Part shown: piece after piece, positions 62,650 through 64,000 of the stretch
Position numbering within the stretch: position 1 is the first letter of the stretch
Layout: each line of letters begins with the position of its first letter
Assembly: GCA_046563655.1 (NCBI GenBank)
Contig: CM102284.1
Span: 9,238,001 to 9,302,000, forward strand
Source of the DNA: Yuukianura sp. NJ FZ-2021
Lineage: Eukaryota
DNA length: 64,000 nucleotides
Direction of reading: 5' to 3'
Position numbers and translations under genes: made by a program
The notes under the pieces: model-generated
What the model was told of the DNA's origin: nothing
What the model saw: the letters and a program-made list of their open reading frames with translations, nothing else
Databases searched by the model: none

Positions 62650-64000
62650 ATGGATGGAGACAGGGAATGGCTCAACGTAAGTTGTCAATTTCGTGACGAT
62701 TCTAGTAAAATGTGACATAAAATTGACTCTTAACTTAATTCATCATTTTTAATCTGTGCAGGAAGACTTCAAGACTTGCAAGGCCGCAGTGACTCTGTGC
62801 TTGAAAGAACTGAATCGAGATGAAGACTTGCCAGCTGGCAGTATCCTCCAAGTCCAAAGTGTGACCAATGTCTCCATTCCGCTCAAGTCGCAGTCCGAGG
62901 TACGACAGGACTACGATCCAAAACAACACATTCTCAAGATTGCGTTGACCGATGGGAAGGAATCTGCATGCGCCATTTTATACGAACCACACAGTAAACT
63001 AAGGTAGACGATCTCAAGACGTCACAAGAACGTCAACTACAAAACGAATATTCGATTTTCATTCGTCTTTTTGGTTTTTCCAGTGTCGATACCCCTCCTG
63101 GAACCAAAATCCAAGTAGTCAAGGGTATCCCGTTCGGTCCCACCCGCATTCTCAAGTTTACTCGATCGAATGTTGAAGTGCTTGGTGGATTGGTTGAGAA
63201 GTTAGTTGAACATTGGAAGGTTCAGAAGGAACATGACCGCAAAAGTGCCTGGGGTAAACTCATCACTAATCCGGGTGACGATGGACCACCGAAATTCAGA
63301 CCATTCAATCCCCGCGGAAGAATTCCCACGATTGGCAATGTGGATTTGAGAAAAGCCAAAGTGAGTAACTTTTGTTTAAATTGGAGTTAATCTAAGAAGT
63401 AATTGATTGATTTGTGTTAGGCAATGGATTTACTGGAAGAAGTGAAGGCCAAATCAGAACAAGCCCAGGGAAAAAGTGAATCCAAAACTGAATTTGACTT
63501 GCAACGACAAGAAGCCATTTCGGATTTGGCCAAACATGCCAACAAGAAAACGTTTTCGGTTTCAAAACAGTTTCCGCAGGTGACTGAACATTGCATGTCC
63601 GATTTACCATGGTTAACTAAAAATCTAGACATCATAAGTTGACCAAATCATTTCATTTTTCAGAACGAGCCGCAAGTTCAGCCACCAGCTCCAACCGTAA
63701 AACGGGAACGAACGACCAGTTATCAAAAATGTACCGACGATCCCGGTCAAGAACCGAAACCACGGTTTCAAAGTCGGAAGTCCAAGATGGAAGAGGATCA
63801 ACTGCTGGCCCAGTATACTTACCGTGGTGGTCAACATTCTCTTATGGAACATCTCTCAGATTTTCTAGGAAACAACAGTTCAGCCTCTGATAATCGAAAC
63901 ACATCAACAGATATTGATTCCCTTTCGAATCAATTTGGAAGACTGGATACCCGGAACAACGATTACTCTCAAGGATCTTCACACACTTTCTACCGTGGTG
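62650..64000 (+). CDS. TDRD3: Tudor domain-containing protein 3 (RMI1-like OB fold), 5' part; runs off the window end
   Basis: ILQVQSVTNVSIP..ILKIALTDGK..VDTPPGTKI..VEVLGGLVEKLVEHWKVQK..GPPKFRPF..EFDLQRQEAISDLAK..KTF resembles the TDRD3 N-terminus. Confidence 0.8.

Overview
AT-rich, intron-dense animal genomic DNA. Gene content, short GT-AG introns and a WS/DGAT gene suggest a non-dipteran arthropod, possibly a springtail (inference only). About 17 spliced protein-coding genes can be reconstructed by hand: RSF1 (partial), an Arg-rich double-HMG-box gene, SLC25A35-like carrier, SPRYD7, mRpS25, two tandem PRKX/Pka-C3 paralogs flanking TAF10, beta-arrestin, CENP-I, aminopeptidase N, WS/DGAT, a pancreatic-type lipase, PDCD10, POMT2, GSTZ and TDRD3 (partial). 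Non-coding structure includes a young 3.85-kb foldback (Mutator-like) element with a 10-bp TSD and internal satellites, a second foldback MITE, a dispersed repeat family found only at gene boundaries, and a 45-bp intronic minisatellite. Top leads: (1) at least 15 perfect copies of the DR1 motif AGGTCAAAGGTCA, 9 at or near splice sites; (2) POMT2-GSTZ head-to-head as in human; (3) mRpS25-SPRYD7 only 96 bp apart, probably sharing a transcription unit; (4) the activation-loop Thr of one PRKX paralog on an 18-nt skippable microexon; (5) a protamine-like, Arg-rich HMG protein. No prokaryotic features, CRISPR, rRNA or tRNA were seen. Exon coordinates were read by eye and may be off by a few bases.
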